Shown here piece by piece: positions 1-13,379 of a stretch of DNA of 64,000 nucleotides. The notes under the pieces were generated by a model, which saw only the letters and a list, made by a program, of their open reading frames with translations, ran no database searches and was not told the DNA's origin. Both the position numbers and the translations under genes were made by a program. The DNA lies in the NCBI RefSeq assembly GCF_018350175.1, contig NC_058373.1, forward strand, positions 107,262,001-107,326,000, written 5' to 3'. Numbering within the stretch: position 1 is the stretch's first letter; each line of letters opens with the position of its first letter. The stretch is from Felis catus (Eukaryota).

Positions 1-617
1 ATAAAAGAATATAGCGTATTAGATAAAAGAAGAAACTTATGATTTTGAATTTTTTACACAGTCCCTACAGGAACTGTGGCTTTGGGCAAATTACTAACAC
101 CTTGGACTCATTTTTCTTTTTTGTGAGAGACAGCACGTGTGTGCTTGCACACACACTCATGCTAGTGGGGGAGGGGCAATGGAGAGAGAGAGAGAATCTT
201 AAGAAGGCTCCATGCCCAGCTCAGAGCTGGAGTGGAGCCTGGCTGCAGGTTTTGATTCCAAGACTGGGAGATCATGACCTCAGTTGAAATCAAGAGTCTG
301 TTGCTCAACCACCTGAGCCACCCAGGCACCCCTCATTTTTCTTACCTGAACAATAGAGACAGTAGCACTACCTATATTACAGTGTTTGAGGATTAAATAT
401 ATAAAATATTTGGAGGTGTTTTGTAGAGTTTCTGTCTCTGTTGTCAAATATAGTATTTGTTTAATATATATTGGTTATATTATCATTATTACTTGTGAGT
501 AGTATGTGTGCTAAGCAGAGATGAAATTAAAACAGGAGTCATTTGGGCTACTATGTAGGACTTGTACAATAATGATTATCTTTAAATGAATTTAAGAGAC
601 TATAAAATGTCAAAATA

Positions 618-844
618 GGGGCGCCTGGGTGGCGCAGTCGGTTAAGCGTCCGACTTCAGCCAGGTCACGATCTCTCGGTCTGGGAGTTCGAGCCCCGCGT
701 CAGGCTCTGGACTGATGGCTCAGAGCCTGGAGCCTGTTTCCGATTCTGTGTCTCCCTCTCTCTCTTTCCTCCCCCGTTCATGCTCTGTCTCTCTCTGTCC
801 CAAAATAAATAAATGTTGAAAAAAAAAATTAAAAAAAAAAAAAA
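618..844 (+). mobile_element. Young Can-SINE (SINEC_Fc type)
   Basis: tRNA-derived head ggggcgcctgggtggcgcagtcggttaagcgtccgac, (CT)n, AATAAA and A tail; TSD gtcaaaata. Confidence 0.95.
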
Positions 845-879
845 GTCAAAATAATAGCTTTAATTCTAATGATCTGTAA

Positions 880-924
880 TTTTCTTTTTTAAGATTTTAT
901 TTATTTTAACGTTTATTTGTTTTT

Positions 925-960
<36 letters not shown>

Positions 961-1502
961 CGAGTGGGGGAGGGGCAAAGAGAGAGGGAGACACAGAATC
1001 TGAAACAGGCTCCAGGCTCTGAGCTGTTTGCATAGAGCTCAACATGGGGGTTGAACTCCCGAACCAAGAGATCATGATCTGAGCTGAAGTCTGATGCTTA
1101 ACCAACTGAACCACCCAGGCACCCCTTTAAGATTTTATTTTTAAGTAGTATCTGCGCCCAATGTGGGCTTGAACTCATGACCCCCAGGTCAAGAGTTGCA
1201 TGCTCTACCAACTGAGCCAGCCAAGTGCCTCTGTAATTTTTTTTTTTTTAATGTTTATTTATTTTGAGAGAGAGAGGATGTGCCCTGGTGCGAGCAGGGG
1301 AGGGACAAAGAGAGAGGGAGAGAGAGAGAATCCCACGCAGGTTCAGCTGCTGTCAACTCGGAGCCCGATACAGGGCTCAGTCTCATGAACTGTAAGATCA
1401 TGACCTGAGCTGAAACCAAGAGTCAGACGCTTAACTGACTGGGCCACTCAGGCACACCTTTGTAGTTTTCTTGATATGAACTTGTTATCATGTTCTTTCT
1501 TG

Positions 1503-1547
<45 letters not shown>

Positions 1548-2021
1548 ACCTTTTAAAATATTCGTATATTGGATATCTTTTGTAAATCAGTGTGTATATG
1601 TCTTCCTCTTTATTTTTAACCGTTGGATGGTAGTTCAGTGTTCAGTTAAACTATAATTGATTTAACCAAAAAACATTTTTTTAAGTTTATGTATGTTTTT
1701 AGTAATCTCTACACCCACTATGGGCTCAAACTCACAACCCTGAGATCAAGAGTCGCATTCCCTCTCCGACCGAGTCAGCGAGGTGCCCCATTTAACCAAA
1801 ATCTTTTTTTAAGTTTTTTTAAATGCTTATTCATTTTTGAGAAACAGAGACAGAGTGAGAGTGGGGGGAGGGCAGAGAGGGAGGGAGACACAGAATTTGA
1901 AATAGGCTCCAGGCTCTTAGCTGTAAGCACAGAGCCCGATGGGGCCTTGAACCCATGAACCGTGAGGTCATGACCTGAGCTGAAGTCAGACACTCAACCA
2001 ACTGAGCCACCCCGTTGCCCC
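880..2021 (-). mobile_element. Cluster of five antisense Can-SINEs (~895-1124, 1125-1230, 1237-1458, 1675-1788, 1804-2021)
   Basis: Repeated tttattt...gagagag...gagccacccaggc pattern. Confidence 0.9.
1505..1544. repeat. (TA)n microsatellite
   Basis: About 20 units. Confidence 0.95.
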
Positions 2022-2527
2022 CCAGAATCTTTTTGATGAATATTTTATGTTTCTGTTTTTTCACTGGAGTGAACTTGGTAGCTAGCTAGCTAGCTAGCTC
2101 TTTGAACACTTAGGCATATTCATAAGATATAACAGTCAAGCCATAGGGTAAATACCTAGTAGTGTAATTGTATGTGACTTAAGTTTTGATAAATATTGCC
2201 CAGTTGTTCTCAAAAAAAAGGTTGTATCAATTGTACTCCCAACAACAATATGGTAATTCTTTTTGCCACAAATCTTTGCTGATATTGGGCATTATTATTT
2301 TTTTGATCTTCTTGTTCTGATAAGTAATACAACATTATGGATTTTGATGTGAAATACTTTTTTAAAATTAAAACATGTTTTTAAAAAAATTTATTTATTT
2401 TTGAGAGACAGAGTAAGAGTGGGGCAGGGACAGAGAGAGAAGGAGACACAGAATCTGAAACAGTCTCGAGACTCAGCACAGAGCTCTATGTGAGGCTCAA
2501 ACTCGTGAACCTTGAGATCGTGACCTG

Positions 2528-2920
2528 CCCTCACAGTTTCTGAGGGGCAGGAATGTGAGGGTGACTTTAGCTGAGTGATTCTGTCCCATAGTCTCTTCAC
2601 AGGTTTGCTCAGGCTGTTGTCTGAGACTGAATATCTTTTTCCAAGGTTACTCATGTGGCTCTTGGCAGGAGGGTTCATTTTCTCCCCATGGACCCTCCTT
2701 GGGTACTCATGATGTGGGTTTTCCCAGAGTTTGTGATGAGAGAGGGAGAGAACCAGAAGCCCAGAACTTTCTATGATCTAATCACAGACATGACATTACT
2801 ATCATTGTGCTGTTTTATTTGTTAATACTGAGCAGCCCTGTTACAATGTGGAAGAGTACGCACAAGAGTGTGAATACTATCAGGTAGGGATTACTGAGCC
2901 ACCTTGATGTGGCTACCACA
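2528..2920. mobile_element. MLT1-type MaLR LTR remnant
   Basis: ctcacagtttctgaggggcaggaat...ctcatgtggctcttggcaggagg...ggctaccaca. Confidence 0.75.
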
Positions 2921-3404
2921 TGATTTTATATTTGTTCATGTCCTCAAGTTGGCAAAGGCATTTGAGGAGGCAAGAGAGTGAGTAGGAGTAGTGATACGCA
3001 AAAGATAAGGAGTATAGGATTATGATAAGATTAATTAGGACTGCTGTTTATGGGAAAAAATACAGAAGCAGAAAGAAGTGAAAACATAATGAAAAGATCT
3101 TCCTCTCTTAATTGCTAGTAACTGAGAAAGCATATTCCCTTTTGTATCAATTCAGTCCAGCAAACACTCAAATGGATTGATTACATGCACATTAAAGATG
3201 ATTGGATTCCATGTTTGTTGTTTTCCAGTTCAAGGATGAGCTTTGTTTTAATTAAAGAAAAGGAGAATTGTTTTCTTTTTTCAGGACCACCTGTTTCTTT
3301 AAGAAACAGGTCTTTCGTAGAATTCTTTCATAGAATTCTGGAGGCATATTGAATTCGATGGATTCAGTTATATTAACTAAGTTTTTAATAATTTAATTTT
3401 TTTA

Positions 3405-3451
3405 AAGTTTATTTTTTAAATTTTATTTTTTTAAATGCTTATTTTTGAGAG

Positions 3452-3500
<49 letters not shown>

Positions 3501-3826
3501 TGGGGGAGGGGCAGAGAGAGAGAGGGAATCCAGAGGATCCAAAGCGGGCTCTATGCTGACAGCAGCGAGCCTGATGTGGGGTTTGAACTCACAAACCCTG
3601 AGATTATGACTGGGCTGAAGTCGGACACTCAACTGACTGAGCCACCCAGGTGCCCCTTATTTATTTATTTTGGGTGGGGGGCAGAGAGAGGGAGTGACAG
3701 AATTCCAAGCAGGCTCCATACTGTCAGCGTAGAGCTGATGTGAGGCTCGAACCCACAAACCATGAGATCGTGACCTGAGCCAAAATCAAGAGTCAGACAC
3801 TTAACTGACTGAGTCACACAGGCGCC
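3405..3826 (-). mobile_element. Two tandem antisense Can-SINEs
   Basis: Two head motifs ending at 3656 and 3826; long (GA)n. Confidence 0.9.
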
Positions 3827-4542
3827 TGTTAATGATTTAATTTTAATCCCAACCTTTCTTGGCAAACTTGTTTATGGAAGCTTTACATGTATTTGATTTT
3901 ACTAAATCTACTTTTTTCATTTTAAACATGCATAAGACACAAAGTAGTAGAATAAAGGAACATGTCCTGATATATGAAAGTCAGTATTTTGTCACATTTA
4001 CTTAAGATCTTTCTCTCTGTGTCTCTTTGCTTTTTTTTCTATTTCTATTCTCACTGATGATACTGATGATGATACAAACTACTGGGTAGTTTGTCCTGAA
4101 GAGTTACTACTCTGAATTTTGCTGATTGCGTCGCTGTGGTATTGTTCAATGTGTTCCTCTATATTTTCTGTAAATTATTAGTTACATTTAGAAGCTTTAT
4201 CAGATTAGGGTTGAATTTATTTATTGTTGGAAAGAATGATTAATAAGTGGTGTTAATGTATTTGTTTTAACTGATATTCTGGGCTTATCCAGTACTTTTA
4301 TGCAAATTAGGAAACAGTGCCTCCTTAGGTCAGGCAAATTAGGAAAAGGCACTCATTCTAGGTAAAAGAATTTGAAAAAAGGGACTTTCTCAGTATTGTT
4401 AATTTCTAATTTTATTCTGTTGTGGTAAGAGAACATACTCTATTAATAATTTTAATCTTTTGAAATTTTCTGAGAACTTATTTATGGTCCAGTAAATGGT
4501 CTATTTTGGTGAGCAATCAATGTACATTTGTAAAGAATGTTC

Positions 4543-4775
4543 GGGGTGCCTGGGTGGCTCAGGCGGATGGGTGTGGATGGGTGTCGGACTTCAGCTCAGG
4601 TCATAATCTTGAATTTCATGGGTTTGGCCCATGTCGGGCTCGCTGCTGTCAGCTCAGAGCCTGGAGCCTACTTAGGATTCTGTGTCTCCCTCTCTCTCTC
4701 TCTCTGCCCCTCCGCTGCTTGTGCACAGGAGCTCTCTCTCCCTCCACCCCTCTCTCAAAAAAAAAAAAAAAAAAA
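4543..4775 (+). mobile_element. Can-SINE with internal 10-nt duplication (ggatgggtgt x2)
   Basis: Head/CT/A-tail; TSD aaagaatgttc. Confidence 0.92.
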
Positions 4776-5531
4776 GAATGTTCTGTGGCTGTCAGGGGTA
4801 GTGTGTTATAAATGTCAATTAGGTCAGCGTGGTTGGTAGTGTTACTCAGATCTTCTATATTACAAATTTATTTGATCTACTCATTTTATCAATTACTCCA
4901 ACCACATGGTGGATTTGTTGGTTTGACCTTTTAGTTTTGTTATGCTTCATGTATTTTGTAGCTCTCTTGTTAGGTACATAGGTACCTATGTCTTCTTGAT
5001 GGATATCTCCTTTTGTCATTATGAATTGTCTCTTGTACTACTACTCTTTGTCCTGAAGTTTTTGTCTGAATTAATATAGTCATGTCAGCTTTCTTATGCT
5101 GTTTGATGGTATATCTTTTTCTATCCCTTTGCCTTCAACCAATGTATGTCTTATATTAGTAGATACTTATGTCTTCCTTTTTTACTTGGCCCAACAATTT
5201 CTTTTAAAATTTTTTAAAAAATTTTATTTTAAGTAGGCTCCACACCCAATTTGGGGCTTGAACTCGTGACCCTGAGGTCAAGAGTCATATGCTCTACTGA
5301 CTGAGCCAGCCAGGCACCCTCCTGGCCCACCAATTTCTGCCTTTTGTTGGTGTATTTGTCCCTTTATATTTAATGTAATTATTGAGCTCATTGGGCTTAA
5401 GTCTACTTGTTTTCCATTTGTCTCTTTCGTTTTTTGTTCAAGTTCCTTTCTTGCCTTATTTGGACTAATTGGATATTTTATTTTATTTTATTTTAGAGAG
5501 AGAATGTGCAAACGGGGGAGAGTGGCAGAGA

Positions 5532-5578
<47 letters not shown>

Positions 5579-6029
5579 CTCAAACTGGCTCCATGCTCAG
5601 TGCAGAGCCTGATGTAGGGCTCAATCCCAGAACCCTGGGATCATGACCTGAACTGGAATCAACAGTCAGATGCTCAACCAACTGAGCCACCCAGATGCCC
5701 CACTAATTGGATATTTTAAAGTATTGGCCTATTAGCAATAGCTCTTTATTGTTATTTTAATATTTTTAATATTTTTTGAATGGTTTCTTTAGGTATAACA
5801 ATGTATATCTTTATCAAAATCTATTTAGGGTCAACATCTGATATTCCCATTTTTCACTTCCCATTTCATACCTCACAAATGTGAACAGTGTAATTCCATT
5901 TACTCACCCATCTCACCTTTTATGCTGTTGATGTATCTTTTACTCTTATATGTGATTCAGTATTGTTATTTTTACTTTAAACAGTTAGTTGTCTTTAAGG
6001 AAAAGTGGAAAATTAAAAGAGTCTTTAAA

Positions 6030-6760
6030 AACACCTTTATTGAGATGTAATTCACATACCATAAAATTCACCCATTTTAAGTGTAGAGTTCAGTGGCTTC
6101 AAGTTTATACTCAGAGATGTGCTCGCTTGCATTACCATAATCAACTTTAGAACATTTTTGTCACTTCACCGTCATCACTTAACCATCACTTTCCAAACAT
6201 TCCCTTTCCCATATTGCCCCTCTAGCCCTAGGCAACCACTAATCTTACTTTCTATCTCTATAGATTTCCTGTTCTGGGCATTTTGCATAAATGAGATCAT
6301 TCAATATATGGTCCTCTGTGATTGGCTTTTACTCAGAATAATATTTTTATGGTTCATCCATGTTGTAGCGTGTATCAGGACTTCATTTCTTTTTGTTACT
6401 GAATAGTATTCCATTGTATGGCTATATCACATTTTATTTATCCATTCATTTGTTGATGGATATTTGGGTTGTTTTCACTTTTCAGCTATTATGAATAATG
6501 CTGCTATGAATATTCATGTACAAGTTTTTGTATGGACAAATGATTTTGTTCCTCTCAGCTGTGTACTTAAGAGTATAATTTTTGGATCATGTGATAACCC
6601 TTTGTTTAACCATTTGAGGAACCGTAAGACTGTTTTCCAAAGTGGTGCATGTTTTACATTCCCACTAGGAGTATATGAAGGTTCAGTTTCTCTACCTTTT
6701 TTGGCAGCACCTGTTACTTATCTTTTTTGAATTAGAGCCGTCCTAGTGGGTATAAAGTGG
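6030..6760 (-). mobile_element. L1MB-like 3' end
   Basis: ctttattgagatgtaattcacataccataaaattcacccattttaagtg... characteristic start of antisense L1MB 3'UTR. Confidence 0.8.
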
Positions 6761-7725
6761 TGAAATCGTCCTTTATGTTCACCTTCTTATATACTATATT
6801 TGGTGTCCTTCTTCGCTTTTTTTTTCTTTTTAATTTTTTAAAATTTTATTACAGATGGGGGGAGGGGCAGAGAGAGAGGGAGACAGAATCTGAAGCAAGC
6901 TCCAGGCTCCTTGCGTCAGCACAGAGCCCAACATGGGGCTTGAACTCATAAACTTCGAGAACATGACCTGAGTCGAAGTTAGATGCTTAACTGACTGAGC
7001 CACCCAGGTGCCCCTTTTCTTTCCTTTGGATTATATTTTACAATTGTTGTGATTTTATTTTGCCTAGGGAATTTTCTTTAGTATTTCTTGTAGTGCAGGT
7101 CTCTTGGTAAATGATTCTCCCAGATTTTGTTTATCTGAAAGTGTTTTTATTTTGCTTAACTGTGTGAAGGATATTTTTGCTGAATATGAAATTATAGGTT
7201 GGCATTTCACCACTTGAAAGATAATCAGTGTTTTCTGATCTCCATTGTTTGTGATGAGAAGTTAGCTGTTACTCATATCTTTGGTTCCCTTTACACAAAA
7301 ATCTTTTGGGGCTGCTTTTAAGATTAAAAGAAATTTCTTTTTTAAAATGTTTATTTTTGAGAGAGAGAGTGCGAGCAAGCGCGTGAACGCATGAGTGGGG
7401 GCGGGGCAGAGAGAGAGGGAGACAGAATCCTTAGCAGGCTCCAGGCTGTGAGCTGTCAGCACACAGCCTGACACAGGGCTTGAACTCACGAACCGTGAGA
7501 TCATGACCTGAGCCGAAGTTGGATGCTTAACCGACTGAGCCACCCAGGTGCCTCTGCTTTTAAGATTTTTCTCTTTAATTTTGGTTTCTGGCAGTTTGAG
7601 TATGTTCTAGATATGGGTTTTCTTTGTATTCATCCTAGTTGAGGTTTGCTGAGCTTAGATCTGTAAGTCAGTGTTTTTCTTCCTATTGGAAATCTCAGTG
7701 ATTCTTTCTGCACTTTTTACACTTT

Positions 7726-7974
7726 CTTTTTTTTAATTTTTTTTAATTTTTTTTAATTAATTTATTTTTTTTTCAACGTTTATTTATTTTTGGGACAGAG
7801 AGAGACAGAGCATGAACGGGGGAGGGGCAGAGAGAGAGAGACACAGAATCGGAAACAGGCTCCAGGCTCTGAGCCATCAGCCCAGAGCCTGACGCGGGGC
7901 TCGAACTCACAGACCGCGAGATCGTGACCTGGCTGAAGTCAGATGCTTAACCGACTGCGCCACCCAGGCGCCCC
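7726..7974 (-). mobile_element. Young Can-SINE (SINEC_Fc type)
   Basis: CpGs largely intact; TSD tacactttctt. Confidence 0.95.
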
Positions 7975-8344
7975 TACACTTTCTTCTTATTTTGGAACTC
8001 CAGTTACACGTGTGTTAGACTCTTTGATATAATGTAAGTCCCTGTGGTACGACTTATTTTTCTTCAGTCTTTTTTCTCTCTGTTCTTTAGATCAGTTACT
8101 TCTATTGATTTATCTTCAATCCCGTATGCTATTTCCACTCTGTTGGTAAGCTCATTCAGTATATTTTCGTTATTGCACTTTTTATTCTACAGTTTTTATC
8201 TTGTTCTTTTTTATAGTGTTCATTTCTTTTAGAATTCCTATCTGTGCATGCATTAAGACTATCTTCATTTAGTTCTTTGAATGTATTTTCATTTAATTCT
8301 GGACATACTTTGTGTTAATTCTTTTAAAATATTTATAATATATG

Positions 8345-8560
8345 AGGCTTGCCTGGGTGGCTCAGTTGGTTAAGTGTCCAACTCTTGATTTCAGCTCAGG
8401 TCATAATCTCATGGTTTGGGAGTTTGAGCCCCACATTGGACTCTGCACCAACACTCCAGAGCCTGTTTGGGATTCTCTCTCTCCCTCCCTGTGTGTGGCT
8501 CCCCCTGCCCATGCATGTGCTCTTTCTTTCTCAAGTTAAATAAATAAACTTAAAAAAATT
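8345..8560 (+). mobile_element. Can-SINE
   Basis: Head, CT region, aataaataaac tail; TSD tttataata. Confidence 0.9.
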
Positions 8561-10204
8561 TTATAATAGATGATTTTAAGGTTTTTGTTTGCTAGATTCA
8601 ACATCTTGGCTATTGTAGGATTGATTTCTATCAACTGTTCTTTTTGACTTTTTTCATTCTTTTCTCTATTTTGGCACATTTAGTACTTTTTTCAGTTGTA
8701 AACTAGATCATGTAGATGTTACATTTTAGAGATCCTGGAGTTTATCTTTCTCTGTGTGTGTGTATGTGAATTCTGCGGGCAATTCATTTGCTGGCTGATT
8801 ACCTTGAACTTTATAAGCTTGGTTTTAATATTTGCTAGGATGGATCTGCAGAGAGCATGGTGTGTTTCCTTACTTTAGTGCGACTTAACTTCCAAAATTC
8901 TAATTCCTTGCAAAATTTGTTTGGTCTTGATTTTAAGCTTTGTTAGGGGAGTCTAAGAATAAGTCCTATTCTAGGATGTGATACTTACTCTTAGTTGTGG
9001 CCTTTTTGGTATCTTAGCTGGATGTCTAACGTGTTAATAAGTTGTAATGTGGTGTCTCTACTCTGGCTGGGTGGGAACTTCAAGGTGTATCCACCACTCT
9101 TAACTACCCTCTATCCCTCTTTCATCTACCGTCTTTTAAGCCATGATTGGTTTTGCCCTGCACATGTGCAGCCTGCTTTTTTGGTCAAGGATTCATGGAG
9201 GTTTCCTACAGACTTCTGGACCTTCTGCTTTGCATTTTTCAGCTATGTCAAGTGCACTGAATTCTGATCTCTGACTCCTCAGTTTAGCACAACTACTGTG
9301 CCCTTCTCAAACTTGTTGAGAATGGCCAAGGAAATTGTGTCAGGTAGAAAACTGAGGCAATTGTAGGCTCACCTTGTGAGTTACCCATTTCTGGAGATTA
9401 TAGTCTTTGTGTAGTCTATTGTCTAATGCCTGCAAACAGATGTCTCAAACATTTGTTTGTTTTATGGTTTCTCATGGTGGGAATGCTAGTCTGGCATCAG
9501 TTACTACATTATGTTTTTAAGAAAAAGCTGGCCTTACTATATTGTTGAGTCATTTACTTCCTGTAGTCTCAGTTCTGTGTGTACGTGTCTATTTTCTTAT
9601 CTCAAAACTGACAATTGCTTGTTCCTCTTTAGCATTTCTTTTGCAGTTTCTCATTTTTTTGTTACTTCATTTTCTTCCCTAATACTTTCTAGACATTCCC
9701 CCCTTTTTTTAATGGAATGTTTTCAAGTTGATTAGAATATAATGTTGCAGAACAGCTCTGGAGAATTAATGTCTCATATGTTCTGAATGGTAATTACAAT
9801 GAACATCTCAAGATCATTCTCCTAATGGAGATGGTTTTTGCTTTCACTACATATATGAGTTGGTGTTCTGTGTATTTTCATAATCCAGATCTATTGAGTA
9901 ACAGAAAGAATATTGAATCACAAGTTAGAAAATCCAGGTTCTAGTCTTGAATTGTTCATTTGTTTGGGATAGTAATTTTTAATCCCTCTTTAATTTCTTA
10001 AAATTTGGGTAATTTAGTTAATAGTTTTGGTCTTTTCTTTGAGTTTATACCTTTTTTGGGCGGGAAGGGGCAGAGAGGGAGGGAAAGAATCCCAAGCAGG
10101 CTACACACCCAGTGCATAGATCTCATGACCATGAGATCATGACTTGAACTGAAACCAAGATTCAGACACTCAACTGACTGAGCTACCCAAGCCCCCCGGT
10201 TTGC

Positions 10205-10395
10205 AATCTTTCTTATACACTCAAAATTTCCAGGTTATTGATTCCCAGACTTACCTCATCCTAAAAATCATCTTGGGTGTCGAGTTCAATTACAAATTTC
10301 TGGGCTCCGACATAGATCTCTGAGGGAGAGACTTTTTGTTTTATACTACCTATCAAGAGAGTCTTGTACTTAAGCGATGTTGAAAAACTGTGTGT
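10205..10395. mobile_element. MER5-like hAT MITE remnant
   Basis: aaatcatcttggg...aaatttctgggctcc...ttgaaaaactg motifs. Confidence 0.4.
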
Positions 10396-12419
10396 AAGTA
10401 TACAACAGTGAGTATAGCAGACACGGTTACTACCCGCATTAGTTTTATGGTGTTTGAGCTCTTCTGAGTCATTAAAAGGAAATTAGTTGTTTTTTCTTTA
10501 CAAGAAACCAAAGGGAAGTTTAGAGTTATAAAAATATTCTTTGCAATTAAGGTGTGAAAGTCGGTATTATGCCATTTGTTAAACTATTTGTTGAAAAAGT
10601 GCTATTAAACAAACCTGAACTCCTGAAACCTAATTGTCAACCTATTCCTGATGTAGGAAAAGGGACTTTGGGGAAGCAAATAATTTTGGTGGGTGTTTCC
10701 TAAACTTACAAATTTTTGCAAGATTAGCATGAAGGGAACAAAAAAGTATAGGTGGTTCAAAATGCACAAATGTTTTTGTGAAGCAGCCACTAAAGAGGAA
10801 AGATCTAAGTATTAGTCCCATTAGGAAAGTGGAATGTGATGTCTGATTTGGCTGTCATGCTGAACATGGCAGCTTGTGTAAAAGTACGTGCCTCAAAATG
10901 CTGTTTTGTCAAAAGAATTGATAGGAGTTGGCAAACTCAGTTAATTTGAAATCAGAAGGAGCCTAGCAATCATCTTTTTAGTTTTGTTCTACACTTGTCC
11001 CTTTTTTCTTTTTTTAACAGATGGGAAAACTGAAGCCTATGTAAGGTTAAATGGTTGCATTTCCCACCTGGCCAGCTCTACTTTTTTGTGTCTGTGTAAA
11101 TCCTAGTTAGGAATTATTCAATTAAATTTTGATCACATTTGCCAAATAAAATTCTTATTAATGTAATGCAACCAGATTGCAACTCAAACCCTTTTAAAAT
11201 ATGAAAATACTACAATACTATCAAAATCTGTTTGATACACTTAGAACAATTTTCTTTTTATATTTTTAGTTGCCAGGATGCTAGCATTAAAAAAAAAAAA
11301 ACAAAAAAATTTAAATATTCAATAATGATTTTTTTTACCAATTCTTTATTTGCCATATCACTTTATTTGATAATGTATAAACAGTGTCATAGTATTTGGC
11401 TTTTGAGGTATACACATGCAAATTAGGAAGACTAAATATTATTTATACAATGAAGTGATTTGGAGGGTAACTAGTTTTATAGTATTTTACTTTGCAAACT
11501 TCATTTTTTAATTTGTATCAAAAATATACACCTGTATAAACAAATAAGTGTATTCCCTACAAAAAGACAAGAAAATATAATATAATGGACCTCATTAGAA
11601 ATGTTTTGAAGAATTAGGTTTTCTTTCATTCACTGTTAGAATATATAAAAAAACAGAATTTTGAGATGAAGAAAAGTGGTTGCGTACCTCATTCAATTTT
11701 CTTTAGAACACAAATATGATAGTGGCTATATCATTGAAAATTAATGAAGCCTCCATCAATATGGTGCAGTGCCTCTGCATCACTGATGTATATATATTTA
11801 ATGAGTCTGCTATTCTAATTTCAGGTAACCGAAGCAAACTGCATCTAGCACTAACTCTGATTTACTTACAAACAATTCATTCCATTAAAATATAAATGTC
11901 TTGAAATCTACCAATGTTAAGTATAATTTCTTCATAAATAATTCCACAGTGTTTACTTTTAGGCTATAACTAAGTCATCTCTAAAGAGAGCATCATTTTT
12001 TATGACTGCTTCGGATAATGTTACCAAAACATGTTTTATTTGATCTTATTTCTTGTTACTGATCTGTGGAGTTGGAATAGAAAATATGGGAGAAAAAACT
12101 TAAAAAGTAGTAGAATTGTGGTGTGACATGGCAAATGTTATATTTTTGAGATCTATCGGAGGATACATGAGGAACATTTTAAGGGTATATTTTTATATTT
12201 GACATTAGGAATATAACTTTTAATATTTTCCTTTATTTTCAGTCTTATTTTAAAATGTGTATTTTGTTTATTGAAAAGATAATATTAAAAAACATTTCTA
12301 AAAAAATTAAAAACATTTCTGACAACAGAAAAATTGTATGTAATATTTTTACAGAGTATTTATTTTAATTTTTACCTTTTGATTCTTGGGAGTGATTCTA
12401 GTTAGAAGTCAGTTTTATA

Positions 12420-12509
12420 GTCTGTGGCCATACCACCCTGAATGTGCTCAATCTCATCTGATCTCAGAAGCTGAGCAGGGTCGAGCTTGGTTAGTACTTG
12501 GATAGGAGA
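12420..12509 (+). pseudogene. 5S rRNA retropseudogene, 3'-truncated (nt 1-90), no poly(A) tail
   Basis: GTCTGTGGCCATACCACCCTGAATGTGCTCAATCTCATCTGATCTCAGAAGCTGAGCAGGGTCGAGCTTGGTTAGTACTTGGATAGGAGA aligns to vertebrate 5S; 6 of 7 CpGs decayed; 16-nt TSD (12404-12419 / 12507-12522, 14/16). Confidence 0.95.
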
Positions 12510-13379
12510 AATCAATTTTATATAATGTGTGATTTTTATGGGACTGGAATTTGCTGAGCTACATATTACTTTATTAAAAAAAATGCTCCTGTTGCCAATT
12601 GAATTTATAATATCATACAGTTTAATAAAATATTGTGTTAGCAGTAAAGATTCTTTATCCATATTTGTTCAATGCCCAGTCAGATCATAGTAAAGGGAAT
12701 GAGTTTTTTTTTAGAAAGCTGAGGTTGGTAAACAAAATTTTGAAGACAAAATTCTTACTTTTTAGGTAGTTTAAATATATTTCTAAGATCTAAAATTAAT
12801 ATGTTGCAGTAATTGTCTCTGCCTTATTTGTATTGAATGTCTTATTTCTCATAATTGTATTCGGTATATCATTAATATTTAATTCCTTATGGAGGTTGAT
12901 TGCAGCAAGCAATCTATGTAATGTGTTGCAACTAAACGCAAGAACATACAATTTAAAGTAGGAATGGTGTCAATAATAATAAATTGCTACAGCTAGTATA
13001 TGTTTAGTGTTTATAATTCCCCCTTGGGAAATACACTATTTGTGTCTCCTGTTTGCTTTATGTATTTGGGTTTATATTATTTGGAATTAGAATAGAAACT
13101 AACATGTTATATGCTGAAGTTAGAATGTAACAAACTAGGAATTACTGAAATCACATAGGCCAAGTGAATTGATTAGTAAAATACCTCACAGAGGACAATT
13201 ACATATACTTAAGTAAACACTACCATGGTGTTTTTGTTTTTGTTTTTTTTTTCTGTCAAAAGCAAGAGCCAGAAATAAGCTTGTGCTTTTTGACTATATT
13301 CTGTTTATTAACACTATTCCCAATTGCTGCGTTCTCTTATGGGTTTTTGGTTTCTACATTTTGCTTACCGAGAGATTTT

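Larger units (their letters stand above)
4390..9500 (-). mobile_element. Highly degraded ancient L1M body (ORF2 5' part, ORF1, 5' region) interrupted by SINEs and the 6.0-6.8 kb L1MB
   Basis: T-rich antisense L1M motifs (ttctgttgtggtaagagaacatactc; atatgtcaattaggtc-like; gaggtttgctgagctt). Confidence 0.65.

Noticed and set aside
618..700. tRNA-like A/B-box sequences as tRNA genes
   Set aside because: They are tRNA-derived heads of Can-SINEs followed by CT repeats and A tails
11000..11046. 20-nt microexon (aacag|atgggaaaactgaagcctat|gtaagg)
   Set aside because: It is the MIR core motif and the donor is weak
11811..11830. tttcag|gtaacc as a recursive splice site (likewise tttacag|gtacat at 61525 and ttcag|gtgtga at exon 2)
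   Set aside because: Short pyrimidine tract or weak donor; expected by chance and untestable without nascent RNA data
12420..12509. Functional 5S rRNA gene
   Set aside because: Missing the 3' ~30 nt and terminator, heavy CpG decay, flanked by a TSD
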